64,000 nucleotides of DNA from Candidatus Bathyarchaeota archaeon (GCA_963828195.1 CAWHDT010000003.1:397397-461396); one strand, 5' to 3'; shown: positions 47,761 through 57,864, numbered from the stretch's first letter. Translations and numbers: made by a program. The notes: generated by a model not told the origin, from the letters alone.

Positions 47761-49143
47761 TTGTTAAATTCTAGTACGATGGCGCTTTTTGACAGGTTTC
47801 TTTTTGCCTTTACAATTGCATCTCATATTATACTTGTTTCCGTGAGCATAGCACTGATCTTTATTATTTCGACGGCAGAATTTCTCTCACTTCGCCGAAG
47901 TGACAAATACTACGGCGCTTTATCAAATCGGCTCTCCAAGGCGTTTGTGGTAGTTTTCGGCATCGGGACAGCCAGCGGCGTAGTCATGGCGGTTGAGCTT
48001 GTAACGCTGTTTCCCACCTTCATGACGCTTGTATCTGAAACTGGAGCAATCTCAATCTTTTATGCAGAAATCTTCGCTTTCTTCCTGGAAACCATCGCCC
48101 TCGTATTATACGTTTACTACGCCGATTTTCTGGGCAAGTACACACATTGGATGCTGTCAATCGTTATCGCTGCAGGCGCATTGCTCTCAGCGATACTCAT
48201 CACTATGCTTAACGCCTGGATGAATACACCTAACGGATTTGATGAATCCGCCTTCATTCAAAGCGGAAAGGTGACTGTGCTGGCAATTTGGGCGCCGTTC
48301 TTCACAACTTCAACCATAGCCGAGGTAGCGCATGTTCTTCCCACCGTTTTGTTCGCGGGAGTGATGCTTGTGGGAGGATATTTCGCGTGGCGGAGCCTCA
48401 AATCAAAAGACCTTGAAGAAAAAAAGATGCTGGCCAAAGGGTTGAAAATCGCAGCTTCACTTGGGATAATTACGATAGTGTTGGTGATATTAACAGGGAT
48501 AAACGAGATTACAACGCTGCTTAAACTTCAACCATTGAAGTATGCTGCGATTGAACTGAACCCAGCACCAGGCACCAACTTGCCCGAAAAATTATTCGGC
48601 AGCTTAAAAAACGGCCAGTTTTACGGAGGCATACCGATTCCTCATCTGCAATCATTCCTTGTCCAAATTGAAACAGGGATCAAAACTCTGCCTGGGCTTT
48701 CACAGTTTCCATCCTCGGATTGGCCGCCGCTTTATGTGCATTCAACCTTCGACGCAATGGTTATCGGAGGCTTCTTACTCGGTTTCTTCTTTTTAGCCTA
48801 TTTTGTTGATTGGGCAATTTTAAGAAAAAAACCCCACGAATCCAAACTTTTTCTTTACAGTTGGATTCCGCTTGGCTTTTTTGCTTTAATAATTATGGAG
48901 TTGGGTTGGGTGACCGATGAGGTTGGGAGACAACCTTGGATAGTCTACAACGTGATGACTAGCCAGCAAGCAGCTAATTACAGCTCAGGCTTTTTGGTTC
49001 CAGGCATATTGATAATCGCTTTCTACCTCATCTTGCTGCCGCTCACATTCTACTTCTTCACGCGGATCTTCAACTCCACTTCAATGTCTGAAAAAGAAGA
49101 GCACAAGCACAAAGGTGCAAATATGATGGGTGTGAAATATTGA
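47761..49143 (+). CDS. cydA: Cytochrome bd quinol oxidase subunit I
   Basis: Heme ligands in SHII, AHVL and IMELGW; NAWMNTP, QPLKYAAIE, EVGRQPW. Confidence 0.93.
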   Translation: MLNSSTMALFDRFLFAFTIASHIILVSVSIALIFIISTAEFLSLRRSDKYYGALSNRLSKAFVVVFGIGTASGVVMAVELVTLFPTFMTLVSETGAISIFYAEIFAFFLETIALVLYVYYADFLGKYTHWMLSIVIAAGALLSAILITMLNAWMNTPNGFDESAFIQSGKVTVLAIWAPFFTTSTIAEVAHVLPTVLFAGVMLVGGYFAWRSLKSKDLEEKKMLAKGLKIAASLGIITIVLVILTGINEITTLLKLQPLKYAAIELNPAPGTNLPEKLFGSLKNGQFYGGIPIPHLQSFLVQIETGIKTLPGLSQFPSSDWPPLYVHSTFDAMVIGGFLLGFFFLAYFVDWAILRKKPHESKLFLYSWIPLGFFALIIMELGWVTDEVGRQPWIVYNVMTSQQAANYSSGFLVPGILIIAFYLILLPLTFYFFTRIFNSTSMSEKEEHKHKGANMMGVKY

Positions 49144-50078
49144 ACTTCATATTTGAAACGTACTTTGTCGTCTTCGCGATATTTGCCTCACTGCTAATTA
49201 CGGAGATAATGAGTTCTGTTTTTTTGCTCCTCTTTTGGCAACAGTCAAACTCCAGAGTTCTGAAATACATTGTGCCCATATGGGAAGTTACAGGGACGTT
49301 CGCGGCTTTTCTGGTTGTTATGGGCGACTTTGCTTTTCCCTCCCTTTTGATTCCCATAGCATCCATCTTCGCACCTTTGCTCACAGTATTTTTGGTTTTC
49401 TTTGTTGCAAGAAATGCGTCACTGGCTTTTGCAGAATTCATAACAAAGAAAAATTGGCTCGATAAAGAAAAACTCTACAAAATCTACGCCGTATCAACAT
49501 TGGTTCTTGGTTTTACCATTCTGGTTCTTCTTTCAGCTCTAGTCAGCGGTGCCGGCGTCAATTTTTCCGCTGGAACTTTTTCGCTTGGCGCTTGGGTTTC
49601 TTCGTCTGGCTCCATTCTCTTTGTGGTCGGCACGCTTCTTGTAGGATTTGGCGTTACACCCGTATTCTTAGCTATTGATCACTTGAAGAAAACCGTTTTG
49701 CCTTTAACTGCGGCCGGCGTCGTCATCTCGGTTCTCGCTTACTACCTTTATTCGGAATCATTTATCTCCGCTTTAATGCTTATACCAATCGCCCTCACCC
49801 TGCTAATCGGCGTTCTCTACACGACATCGAAAAAGACCGCTGCAGTAATATCAAACAAGGCAGTTTTCATCACATTCCTCAGCATCACAATATTCTCTCT
49901 TCAGTTTCTAGTTTACCCCACTGCAATTGGAGGGGCGGTCCATGTTGATGCAGTAACGACGTCAGGTCCAATGACCTCCGCGTTCTTCACCATTACTGCA
50001 GTCGGAGGAACGATGCTTGCAATAATGCTCGGATTCTACATGAATATCACAAGGCGCTCAAAAAATTCCGAGCCATAG
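49140..50078 (+). CDS. cydB: Cytochrome bd subunit II (archaeal-type)
   Basis: PIWEVTGTF..FP, about 9 TM, overlaps the cydA stop. Confidence 0.75.
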   Translation: MNFIFETYFVVFAIFASLLITEIMSSVFLLLFWQQSNSRVLKYIVPIWEVTGTFAAFLVVMGDFAFPSLLIPIASIFAPLLTVFLVFFVARNASLAFAEFITKKNWLDKEKLYKIYAVSTLVLGFTILVLLSALVSGAGVNFSAGTFSLGAWVSSSGSILFVVGTLLVGFGVTPVFLAIDHLKKTVLPLTAAGVVISVLAYYLYSESFISALMLIPIALTLLIGVLYTTSKKTAAVISNKAVFITFLSITIFSLQFLVYPTAIGGAVHVDAVTTSGPMTSAFFTITAVGGTMLAIMLGFYMNITRRSKNSEP

Positions 50079-50323
50079 AGGCTCCTCAAATAGATTGAGT
50101 TTTTCAACGAGAACATAGATTCGTTATACGGATCAAAAATTCTTATAGTCCATTTAGTTTAGTTCTATTTAGTTTGAAATCAAAGTTGCTGTTTATTTGA
50201 ATTTAAAATAACTTTTCTTCCTTAACTTTGCACTTGAAAGAATTCCAAATCAGCCTTTTATATCAGATTGATCATAAAATATATTGTTTATTCGTTGACA
50301 AAAAGTCAAATAATTCGTAAAAA

Positions 50324-50920
50324 GTGATTAATATGGTATTAACTGGTGATTTTCTGGATGTTATGGCGTGGGACGTCTCCCTGAGCGCGGTCCTATTATG
50401 TATGGGCGCTATCATGCTTCATTACAACGCATCATCAGGTTTGGTTGATGAAAAAGCAGGAGATTTGCGAAGAGGATTCTCAATAGCGGCGGGAGCGGCG
50501 GGATTTTACCTGTTTATATCAGGTATGGCGATCAGTTTCATTTGGCCATTCGCACTCTCAGGCGGAGTGTACAACGTGCTCTTCGGCGGGATCGCCACCC
50601 TTGGAGGCTTAGTGCTTTTGACGAGCGCGATCATGTTATTCTTAAATGTCAATATGAAACCTGTATCTTACTTTGCCGCAGTAGCAGGTTTGTACGCTTT
50701 TGTAGACGCATATTCAATGTTAAAATACAGCCTTACCTCCAACCCATTACTTGCTGCCTTAGGCTACATGTCTTTTGCTGCCCCCGCGCTTCTTTCCGTT
50801 CCTGCAACTCATCTGGAAAGCAAATGGTGGAGATGGCTCTTCGTGATATTCGCCCTCCTGTTTGCCGCTGCATGGCTCTACCAAGCCGCCAACTTCACAT
50901 ACATGCATCTAAGCCCCTGA
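50324..50920 (+). CDS. DUF981-like membrane protein
   Basis: WP...YNVLFG signature, about 6 TM. Confidence 0.65.
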   Translation: MINMVLTGDFLDVMAWDVSLSAVLLCMGAIMLHYNASSGLVDEKAGDLRRGFSIAAGAAGFYLFISGMAISFIWPFALSGGVYNVLFGGIATLGGLVLLTSAIMLFLNVNMKPVSYFAAVAGLYAFVDAYSMLKYSLTSNPLLAALGYMSFAAPALLSVPATHLESKWWRWLFVIFALLFAAAWLYQAANFTYMHLSP

Positions 50921-51040
50921 CAAGCGAGTTGAGAAACTGCACTGAAGAAAGAAGGAAAGTTTAAACGCTGGCGGGACTATTTTTTGGTGTATGGGTTTTA
51001 GGAAAATAATGCAAGCAACTTTCATTTCAAGTGTATCTTT

Positions 51041-52030
51041 ATGAGTTATAACAGTGTTGGCCTAGAATTGAATGAGAGGGCGTACCAAACCTATTTAGAG
51101 GAAACAAGCAAAGAGATGGAATCGGAGATTTCAAGCCTTTCAAGGAAAGTTGCCGATCTGAGGCTCAGCGAAAAAATCGTTTACGTGCTGCGGACACGGG
51201 GAAAATTGTTAAGACCGACGTTTGTCCTGCTTAGCGGTCAAAGCGTGGGCGCAGAAAAAGAACCTTTGAAAAAGCTGGCTTTGGCTATTGAGCTGCTGCA
51301 TGAAGCCACTCTGGTTCACGACGACATTTTGGATAATGACAATTTCAGGAGGAATGCAGTTGCGGTTCATGCAAGATGGGGCGTCAAAGACGCAATACTT
51401 GTCGGGGACGCCTTAGCATCTCTTTCACTTAACTTAGCTGCAGATTACGGCAGGGAAATCTCCAAAGTGATTTCGCAAGCGTGTCTCCTGCTTTGCGATG
51501 GCGAATGCATTGATGCCTTGACCCCGGGCACCGAGATGAATGAAAGTAATTATTTAGAGAAAATCACCAAGAAATCTGCGTCCCTCTTTAAAGCTGCTAC
51601 TCTTTGTGGAGCAATTGCTGGAGGCGGCTCTCCCCTTGAAAGCGATGGTTTGGCGGGATTTGGTGAAAACTTTGGGTTAGCTTTTCAGATACGCGATGAC
51701 TTAGCTGATGTAAGCTCTCTTCGAGAAGGAGAAGCTCCGAACCTCAATGACTTACAGACTCTTCCTTTAATTTACATGAACAGCATGGCAAATGCTTCAG
51801 AAAAAAGGGCTTTTCAAAGTTTCCTTGCTGAGAAACCGGAAGATAGGTCAAAACGGAAGGTTACTCCAGAAAAACTGTTTGAGTTCTTGGAAAACACTGG
51901 GTCTATCTCGTACAGCGAAAGAAAAATAAACAGTTACATAGACAGAGCTGTTGAATGCTTGGGTCCACTCAAACAGAGCATTTACAAATCTTATCTTATC
52001 GAGATGGCAGACTCTATTAGAGCGACGTAA
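51041..52030 (+). CDS. trans-polyprenyl diphosphate synthase, probably long-chain
   Basis: GKLLRP, HEATLVHDDILD..RR, FQIRDD. Confidence 0.9.
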   Translation: MSYNSVGLELNERAYQTYLEETSKEMESEISSLSRKVADLRLSEKIVYVLRTRGKLLRPTFVLLSGQSVGAEKEPLKKLALAIELLHEATLVHDDILDNDNFRRNAVAVHARWGVKDAILVGDALASLSLNLAADYGREISKVISQACLLLCDGECIDALTPGTEMNESNYLEKITKKSASLFKAATLCGAIAGGGSPLESDGLAGFGENFGLAFQIRDDLADVSSLREGEAPNLNDLQTLPLIYMNSMANASEKRAFQSFLAEKPEDRSKRKVTPEKLFEFLENTGSISYSERKINSYIDRAVECLGPLKQSIYKSYLIEMADSIRAT

Positions 52031-52082
52031 CAGGTTAAGAACAGTTGTTGATTTAATTTCAGATGTTCCTGATTTAAGCTGC

Positions 52083-52862
52083 TTATTGCTCGGAGTTTTT
52101 AGATTCTAATGATTCCTTAAGTGTCTTATGACATTTGGAGCATTCGAACATTGAGTTCCCGCATGAAGGACAAAATAGCTCTTGTTTAAGCATGTGCTCT
52201 AAAAGCGTTAACAATTCCGCTTTATTTTGCGCTTCACGAGGGTTGTCCTGTATTAGAGCTGACGGTTCCTCAACCGCTTTTTTTGACTCTGGGTTTTCGC
52301 TTGAAACAATTTCTTGGTAAACTCTTGAGATGCTAGCCTTCCCCTCACGCAGCTTCTGCTTATCGTCTTCACTTGCTTTTTCCAGTATTTTTTTTCCGCG
52401 CTCAAAAGTTCGAGTTGAAACACCCGCTTTCTTCGCTACCACCTCAGTTGCTTTAGCTTTAAACTCTGGCTCCGCGTCATCTGGCGCTAACCCCAACTCC
52501 TTGTTTCGCCCGTTTTTGTCTCCCTGCCGCTTCTTCGCCAACGCTTTCTCAATCTCAAGCAGCGGCACAGCCAACTCTACAAGCTGGAAATTGTTCAGGT
52601 GGCGACGCCTAAGGTTTGCCTCAATCACAAATTTTTTCTCTACAAGTTTGTCTTCAAACTTGCGCACTTCAAAATCAGGTTCAAGCCCAAGCTCGGTGCA
52701 TGCGCGGTACCTGTGGTGCCCATCTAAAACCTCCAAGTCCTCGTTAACTATTATGGGGTAATGTTGCCCTTCTGCCTGTATAGAAGCTTTCAGCTCAGAG
52801 AATTCTTCCTCAGACATTTTTGGTAGCAGTTTTTCGTATTCAGGGTTTAACCGTAAGCTCAT
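52083..52862 (-). CDS. ParB N-terminal domain protein with HTH and C-terminal Zn ribbon
   Basis: LKASIQAEGQHYPIIV..VLDGHHR, EANLRRRHL, VAKKAGVSTRT, CPSC..CSKC. Confidence 0.85.
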   Translation of the reverse strand: MSLRLNPEYEKLLPKMSEEEFSELKASIQAEGQHYPIIVNEDLEVLDGHHRYRACTELGLEPDFEVRKFEDKLVEKKFVIEANLRRRHLNNFQLVELAVPLLEIEKALAKKRQGDKNGRNKELGLAPDDAEPEFKAKATEVVAKKAGVSTRTFERGKKILEKASEDDKQKLREGKASISRVYQEIVSSENPESKKAVEEPSALIQDNPREAQNKAELLTLLEHMLKQELFCPSCGNSMFECSKCHKTLKESLESKNSEQ

Positions 52863-53428
52863 GACAGACCTCGTATGTGGTATTTACCTTTTGTTTGTAT
52901 TATTATATAAGGGTGAAGGGTTAACCTGCGATGGGAAAGATCTGGAATCTTCCTTTTAAAATGTAACCAAGCGCACGAAAGGCAGTCTAGTTAAGGCTAA
53001 GCGCCTAAACTGTTGGCTCCTTGATGCAACAACATATCTTTTTATTATTTTTTGCATTTTATGTCATATGCGCGTAAAACCCGCACAACAGTTTGGCGAA
53101 TCAGCAGAGACCAAAGTGCGACTGTCATTTTTCTTTTCTCCTTTACTCTTCCTGAATAGTTTTGGTTTGCCGCATGAGGTTAACAATGCTGGTTCGCCAA
53201 ACCAAAAATTTTTCAAAAGTCTATTTCTCAAATTTCGCTGAGCGTTTTTACGACTTTTAATGTTCAACTCTGAAAAACGATTAGTACAAAACCACAACCA
53301 TTATTAAATGGCATGCAACTAAATTTTATCAAATAATAAATAATTAAAATCTCATCATAGCGAGAAAACTCGCTTTATGCGATTAACATAGTCAAATAGT
53401 ATAATTCACAAATAGGAAGTGCATATTT

Positions 53429-54589
53429 ACGGGAACATCCCAAACATTTACGATAAAGTACGTTATATCCGCTAGATTTGAAATTGAAGGTGTAGTTGAG
53501 AAACCCGATGTGATAGGCGCAGTTTTCGGGCAAACAGAAGGACTTTTTGGGCCTGAACTTGACTTAAGAGAACTGCAGAAAACAGGCCGCATCGGAAGAA
53601 TCGAAATTGAGCTGCACTCAAAAAACGACAAAACCACCGGCGCAATAACTATTCCAACCAGTTTAGATAAGGTTTCAACAGCTTTGATTGCTGCCAGCAT
53701 AGAAAGCATTAACCGTGTTGGTCCATGCTCAGCCAAAGTCGGTTTAGAAAAAATCGAAGACATCAGAGAAGCACGCAGAAAAATAATCATTGACCGCGCA
53801 AAAGAAATCCTGCATAAATGGACTATCGAGTCGATGCCAAGCATAGATGAAGTTTACAAAGAAATCTCCGATACCATGAAAATCGGCAAAGTCGAAAAGT
53901 ACGGTCCAGAGGACTTGCCTGCGGGTCCAGGATTGGACGCTGCAAAAGAAATTTTTGTGGTTGAAGGACGAGCGGACATAATTAATTTGATGCGCTGCGG
54001 AATTTTCAACACCGTTGCCCTTGAAGGCGCCAAAGTTCCTGAATCAATAAAGAAGCTAACTAAAGAGAAACTTGCAACTGCCCTGCTTGACGGCGACCGA
54101 GGCGGCGACCTGATACTCAAAGAGCTGCAGCAAGTGACAAGCGTCAAGTTTGTCGGTCGTGCTCCAAGAGGCAAAGAAATCGAAGAGTGCAACTGCAAAG
54201 AAATCGCTGAAGCCATAGAAAACAAAGTTCCAATCTGTGAAGCGGCTAAACCGCCTAAAAAACCGGAGCCTCCACCACGCATCGCAGTTGAAGTTCCAGA
54301 GCCGATAAGCAACGCCGCAAAGGCATTGCTAGGCACTCTTGAAGCAGTCTTGCTGACTGACAAGTTCGAGTTGATTGAACGTTTACCCGTAAGCCAATTG
54401 GCAGAAAAGCTACAGCAAATGAGCGGTGTTGACACGGTTGTTTTCGACGGCATCATCACTCAGAGAATCGTTGACATCGCAGGCGAAAAAAACATTAGAC
54501 GCATAGTTGCATCGCGAATTTCAGAAGCAGTAAAGCCAGCCTTAAACGTTGAATTAGTAACTTTCCAAGACGCAATCCCGCAAGCCTAA
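53429..54589 (+). CDS. dnaG: Archaeal DnaG (Toprim primase-like, exosome-associated); probable ACG start
   Basis: VVEGRAD, DGDRGGD. The conserved N-terminus KYVISARFEIEGVVEKPDVIGA extends upstream of the GTG at 53510. Confidence 0.92.
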   Translation, partial: TGTSQTFTIKYVISARFEIEGVVEKPDVIGAVFGQTEGLFGPELDLRELQKTGRIGRIEIELHSKNDKTTGAITIPTSLDKVSTALIAASIESINRVGPCSAKVGLEKIEDIREARRKIIIDRAKEILHKWTIESMPSIDEVYKEISDTMKIGKVEKYGPEDLPAGPGLDAAKEIFVVEGRADIINLMRCGIFNTVALEGAKVPESIKKLTKEKLATALLDGDRGGDLILKELQQVTSVKFVGRAPRGKEIEECNCKEIAEAIENKVPICEAAKPPKKPEPPPRIAVEVPEPISNAAKALLGTLEAVLLTDKFELIERLPVSQLAEKLQQMSGVDTVVFDGIITQRIVDIAGEKNIRRIVASRISEAVKPALNVELVTFQDAIPQA

Positions 54590-56976
54590 AGATAATCCGT
54601 CAGACTTCTGCCTTCCTGCTCTTTCTTTTCGCTCATCAACTCTTTTTCCGTTACGCCGAAAAAGCCCAGAATCCTCGCCGCTGCAGGAACCACCTGATTA
54701 GTTATGTAGTAGTCAACGTCGATTTCATCGTACTTGGCGAAAATGTAGGGTTTAACGCGGCTGTAAAATCGCCCTTTACCAGCAAGTATAACGAAGCCCA
54801 CTTTGTCTCCGCCTGTCAGCCGCCACCCCTTTTCCTTAAGCATTTTTGCCGCCTCCACATGCGGAGCCTTAATTGCGTACTGCTCAGGCGGTTTGGTAAG
54901 TGTTTTCCAAATAACGAGGTTCTGGAGCGGAACTTTCTTTTGCTTAAGCTCTGCTATTACTGTGCGCACGTATTCAACTGCGTTTTTAGCTGATTGCTCT
55001 TCTAAAATGATTTCCAGAACGTGTTCTTGCACTTCTTTAGCGACTTCTGCCCAATCGCCCCGCATCACTTCCAACCCAACTATGTCCAGCGTGCCGTCCA
55101 GCCTTAAGCCTGCATACCGTTTTTTTGCTTCAGTGAAAAAAACACGTTTGTAAACTTCGCCGACTTCAACTTCTAAGCCTAAACCTTCTCGGATTTCAGC
55201 CTTAAGAGCAGCGAGTTTCTTTTCGTCATTGGTTAAAAAGATGCTGTCTGTGTCTCCGTAAATAATGGTTAAGCCCATGTCTTCAGCTGAGCGGGTAGCG
55301 CTAAGAATAGTGTGTCTTCCCCAAGCTGAAGCTGCTTCAGCTACAGGTTTAATGTACCATCTTGCGCCGACCCAGCCAGCGTACCCGTAGGCAGCGTTTG
55401 TTATGATTTTCACGGCTTTTTGCCTTGCATCTAAAACGCTGTATTCAACTGAGCTGGGGCTTAACGTCTTCATTTCCAACCGTATTTTGCTTCGTACGTC
55501 TATCAGGTAGGTTAATGCTTCCTTGTAGAATCCAGGCGGGGCTTTGCGGAAACGGTGCTTCACTTCAGGCGCTTCGTAAACCCCGCCTTGCGGTTCCACC
55601 TCACCGGGCGCAATGTAGGTGTCGGGCGACAGGTTGTATCTTATCATGATGTTGGGGTACATTGATTTGAAATCTAAAACCGCGATGTTATCGTGTAATC
55701 CAGGTTTCGGTTTAAGCACTAAACCCCCAGCGTAAGGACGGTAAGGCTGCTCGATCCGTCTGGGAACAAGTTCGCCGAGTTTGCGGGTTTCCTTAATGAG
55801 GAACCACTCCACCCTGAACCCGACCGCGGCGGTCATAACATGGTCAAGAGGCAAGCTGACTAAGCTTGAGAGTTGCATGGCGAAGTCAAGCAGCAAAGCT
55901 GCGGAGCCCTGGGTTTTTCGGGCGTTGTTTAAGCTAAATTCCTTGAGCAACTCTCTTTTCTGCTGGTCATCCCAGTAATCGGGGAACTCCACATCTTCAA
56001 TTTCAATGCTTGCTTGGTTTTTCATTACGCCTAAGTAGGATGCTAAGTTGGAAAGCGTTTTAACCTTCACTTCTGGAAAAACATCCATGAAGTTGACAAG
56101 ATCCACGTTAGCTATGCCAGTAAACGATACGTGACCGTAAATGCTAGTATGCGGCTCCTTTCTGCTTCGGTCAACGCTGAACGTTCTTTTGAGTTGATGG
56201 CTTCTTTTTACAAGGTAATCCCAATGCTGCGTGTTGCCCCCAAAAGTAACGAGGATGTCCGGGTCAAACTGGCAAACGTACTCGACAAAGCGTTTGAGAA
56301 TTGGCTCATCGTCTTTGTCGTTGCCTGCCACGAACTGTTTTTCTTCGCCAGTGCTGGTTGCAGTGGAGATTATTATTATGGGGTTTCTGTCTGGTTTAGG
56401 TGAGCCTTCGCGGCTGTAGCTGACTAAAGAAAAACTTAAAGTTTTAAGCTTAGGTTTATCGGCGCAGTCGATTTGTTTTGGAATTGAGCTTGCGACGTAA
56501 ACCTTGTCAACTCGTACGTCGCCCATTTTCTTTTCTTCTTCTTCAACCTCAACTTCGTGCCAAGCGCACGGAGCCACGTTATTGTCAATCAGGTACCTCA
56601 TAGCAACGCGAATATCATCTTCGAGGCATTCTTTTACCTCTTCGAGACCCCGAAACTGCTTCGCCAACTTCCCAGTTTCAGTTGCGACCTTACAGTAAAC
56701 TTTTATTGCCTGCACGGGTTTGCCAAAGAAACGGCGCTGCACAGCTTCCGCCTTAAATATTGAGGTTGGGTAAGCGTTCATTATTTCCGCTGCAGCCTTC
56801 GACGGGTCACAGCCGTCTTTGAGCACGGCGTAAAAGTATGCGGTGATTTTTCTGTCAATTATGAGCACTCGATTTCCCTTTGCATCGATACCCCAAAGCC
56901 ACAGTTCACAGGTGTCGCAAGCATCATCGATTCGAGGATTAATGTCGAGTAGCCAAAAAACCACTTTCATAAGCAA
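54586..56976 (-). CDS. polB: Family B DNA polymerase (PolB3-like) with degenerate 3'-5' exonuclease
   Basis: DFKSMYP, KIITNAAYG, YGDTDS and KKRY are intact. Confidence 0.95.
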   Translation of the reverse strand: MLMKVVFWLLDINPRIDDACDTCELWLWGIDAKGNRVLIIDRKITAYFYAVLKDGCDPSKAAAEIMNAYPTSIFKAEAVQRRFFGKPVQAIKVYCKVATETGKLAKQFRGLEEVKECLEDDIRVAMRYLIDNNVAPCAWHEVEVEEEEKKMGDVRVDKVYVASSIPKQIDCADKPKLKTLSFSLVSYSREGSPKPDRNPIIIISTATSTGEEKQFVAGNDKDDEPILKRFVEYVCQFDPDILVTFGGNTQHWDYLVKRSHQLKRTFSVDRSRKEPHTSIYGHVSFTGIANVDLVNFMDVFPEVKVKTLSNLASYLGVMKNQASIEIEDVEFPDYWDDQQKRELLKEFSLNNARKTQGSAALLLDFAMQLSSLVSLPLDHVMTAAVGFRVEWFLIKETRKLGELVPRRIEQPYRPYAGGLVLKPKPGLHDNIAVLDFKSMYPNIMIRYNLSPDTYIAPGEVEPQGGVYEAPEVKHRFRKAPPGFYKEALTYLIDVRSKIRLEMKTLSPSSVEYSVLDARQKAVKIITNAAYGYAGWVGARWYIKPVAEAASAWGRHTILSATRSAEDMGLTIIYGDTDSIFLTNDEKKLAALKAEIREGLGLEVEVGEVYKRVFFTEAKKRYAGLRLDGTLDIVGLEVMRGDWAEVAKEVQEHVLEIILEEQSAKNAVEYVRTVIAELKQKKVPLQNLVIWKTLTKPPEQYAIKAPHVEAAKMLKEKGWRLTGGDKVGFVILAGKGRFYSRVKPYIFAKYDEIDVDYYITNQVVPAAARILGFFGVTEKELMSEKKEQEGRSLTDYL

Positions 56977-57121
56977 TCGCCGATAATAGCATAGGACAAA
57001 ATTGCCTTTAAACTTTTAACTTGACCTTGCTAAAAAAAAATTATGACGCTCAAGCATAAAGAATGATTGGCTAAAAAATAGAGAAGGAAAAACGTGAGGA
57101 AGCGGTTTTTTGTCTTCGGAG

Positions 57122-57583
57122 TTATTTCCCCGCTGATATTAGAACGCCGCCTATCGTCAATATGAAACCGCCAGAAAGAACTGCGATGTCAAAGTTAAGC
57201 AGGGTTCCGGTCACTATCATAATGAAGAATCCAATGAACATTGGTATAGCGCCGTAAAGCTGCTGTGACTTCTTTTCGGGCGTAAGGTATCCCATTCGAG
57301 CAAATATTACGGTTGCGAAGACAAGGAGGATTCCGACAATTCCTACTGCGGCATTTCCTTTTGCAAGGTACACTATGGCAGCGATAAATATTATAAGTGC
57401 ACCAAGCAGGCTGGCGATTAATCCGATTTTTGGTTTTCCCTTTGCCTTGAATGTTGTTCCCGCTTGCCAAGTTTGAGGCGACACGGGGACTGCAGTTTTA
57501 GCTCCATATTTAGTACAAAACGACGCGTTTACATCAATTTCAGCGCCGCAGTTAACACAAAACTTTGTTTTTCTCTCACTCAT
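57122..57583 (-). CDS. Zinc-ribbon membrane protein
   Basis: FCVNCG..FCTKYG plus 4 TM. Confidence 0.75.
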   Translation of the reverse strand: MSERKTKFCVNCGAEIDVNASFCTKYGAKTAVPVSPQTWQAGTTFKAKGKPKIGLIASLLGALIIFIAAIVYLAKGNAAVGIVGILLVFATVIFARMGYLTPEKKSQQLYGAIPMFIGFFIMIVTGTLLNFDIAVLSGGFILTIGGVLISAGK

Positions 57584-57864
57584 CCTTATCGTCTCTTCCT
57601 ATTTTTTAATCGAATTCTATGTTTCAAGTTATCTTAATTTAAGGTTTGCTTAAAAACGGTGAAATGAGACAAGCACTCGGTTACCCTGAGCACCTTTAAT
57701 TTGTAAACAGTGGCGAAAAACATGCGCAAACTCCTATTTCTTGTTTGTAGAACGGTTACCGCTGATGATTTACCCGGTTAGAAAAAAGTTTCAAACGAGA
57801 GAGAAATTGAGCATTTTTTGTTATGACAATTTTACGGTATTGATTGTGCTATAGACCAGACACG

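Noticed and set aside
57505-57565. Zn ribbon with the fourth Cys replaced by Tyr (CTKYG)
   Set aside because: A single substitution in a variable family is not enough to call a pseudogene.
57676-57785. Repeated CGGTTACC(G)CTGA and a TGATGA C-box-like motif
   Set aside because: No coherent C/D architecture, and too short to exclude chance.
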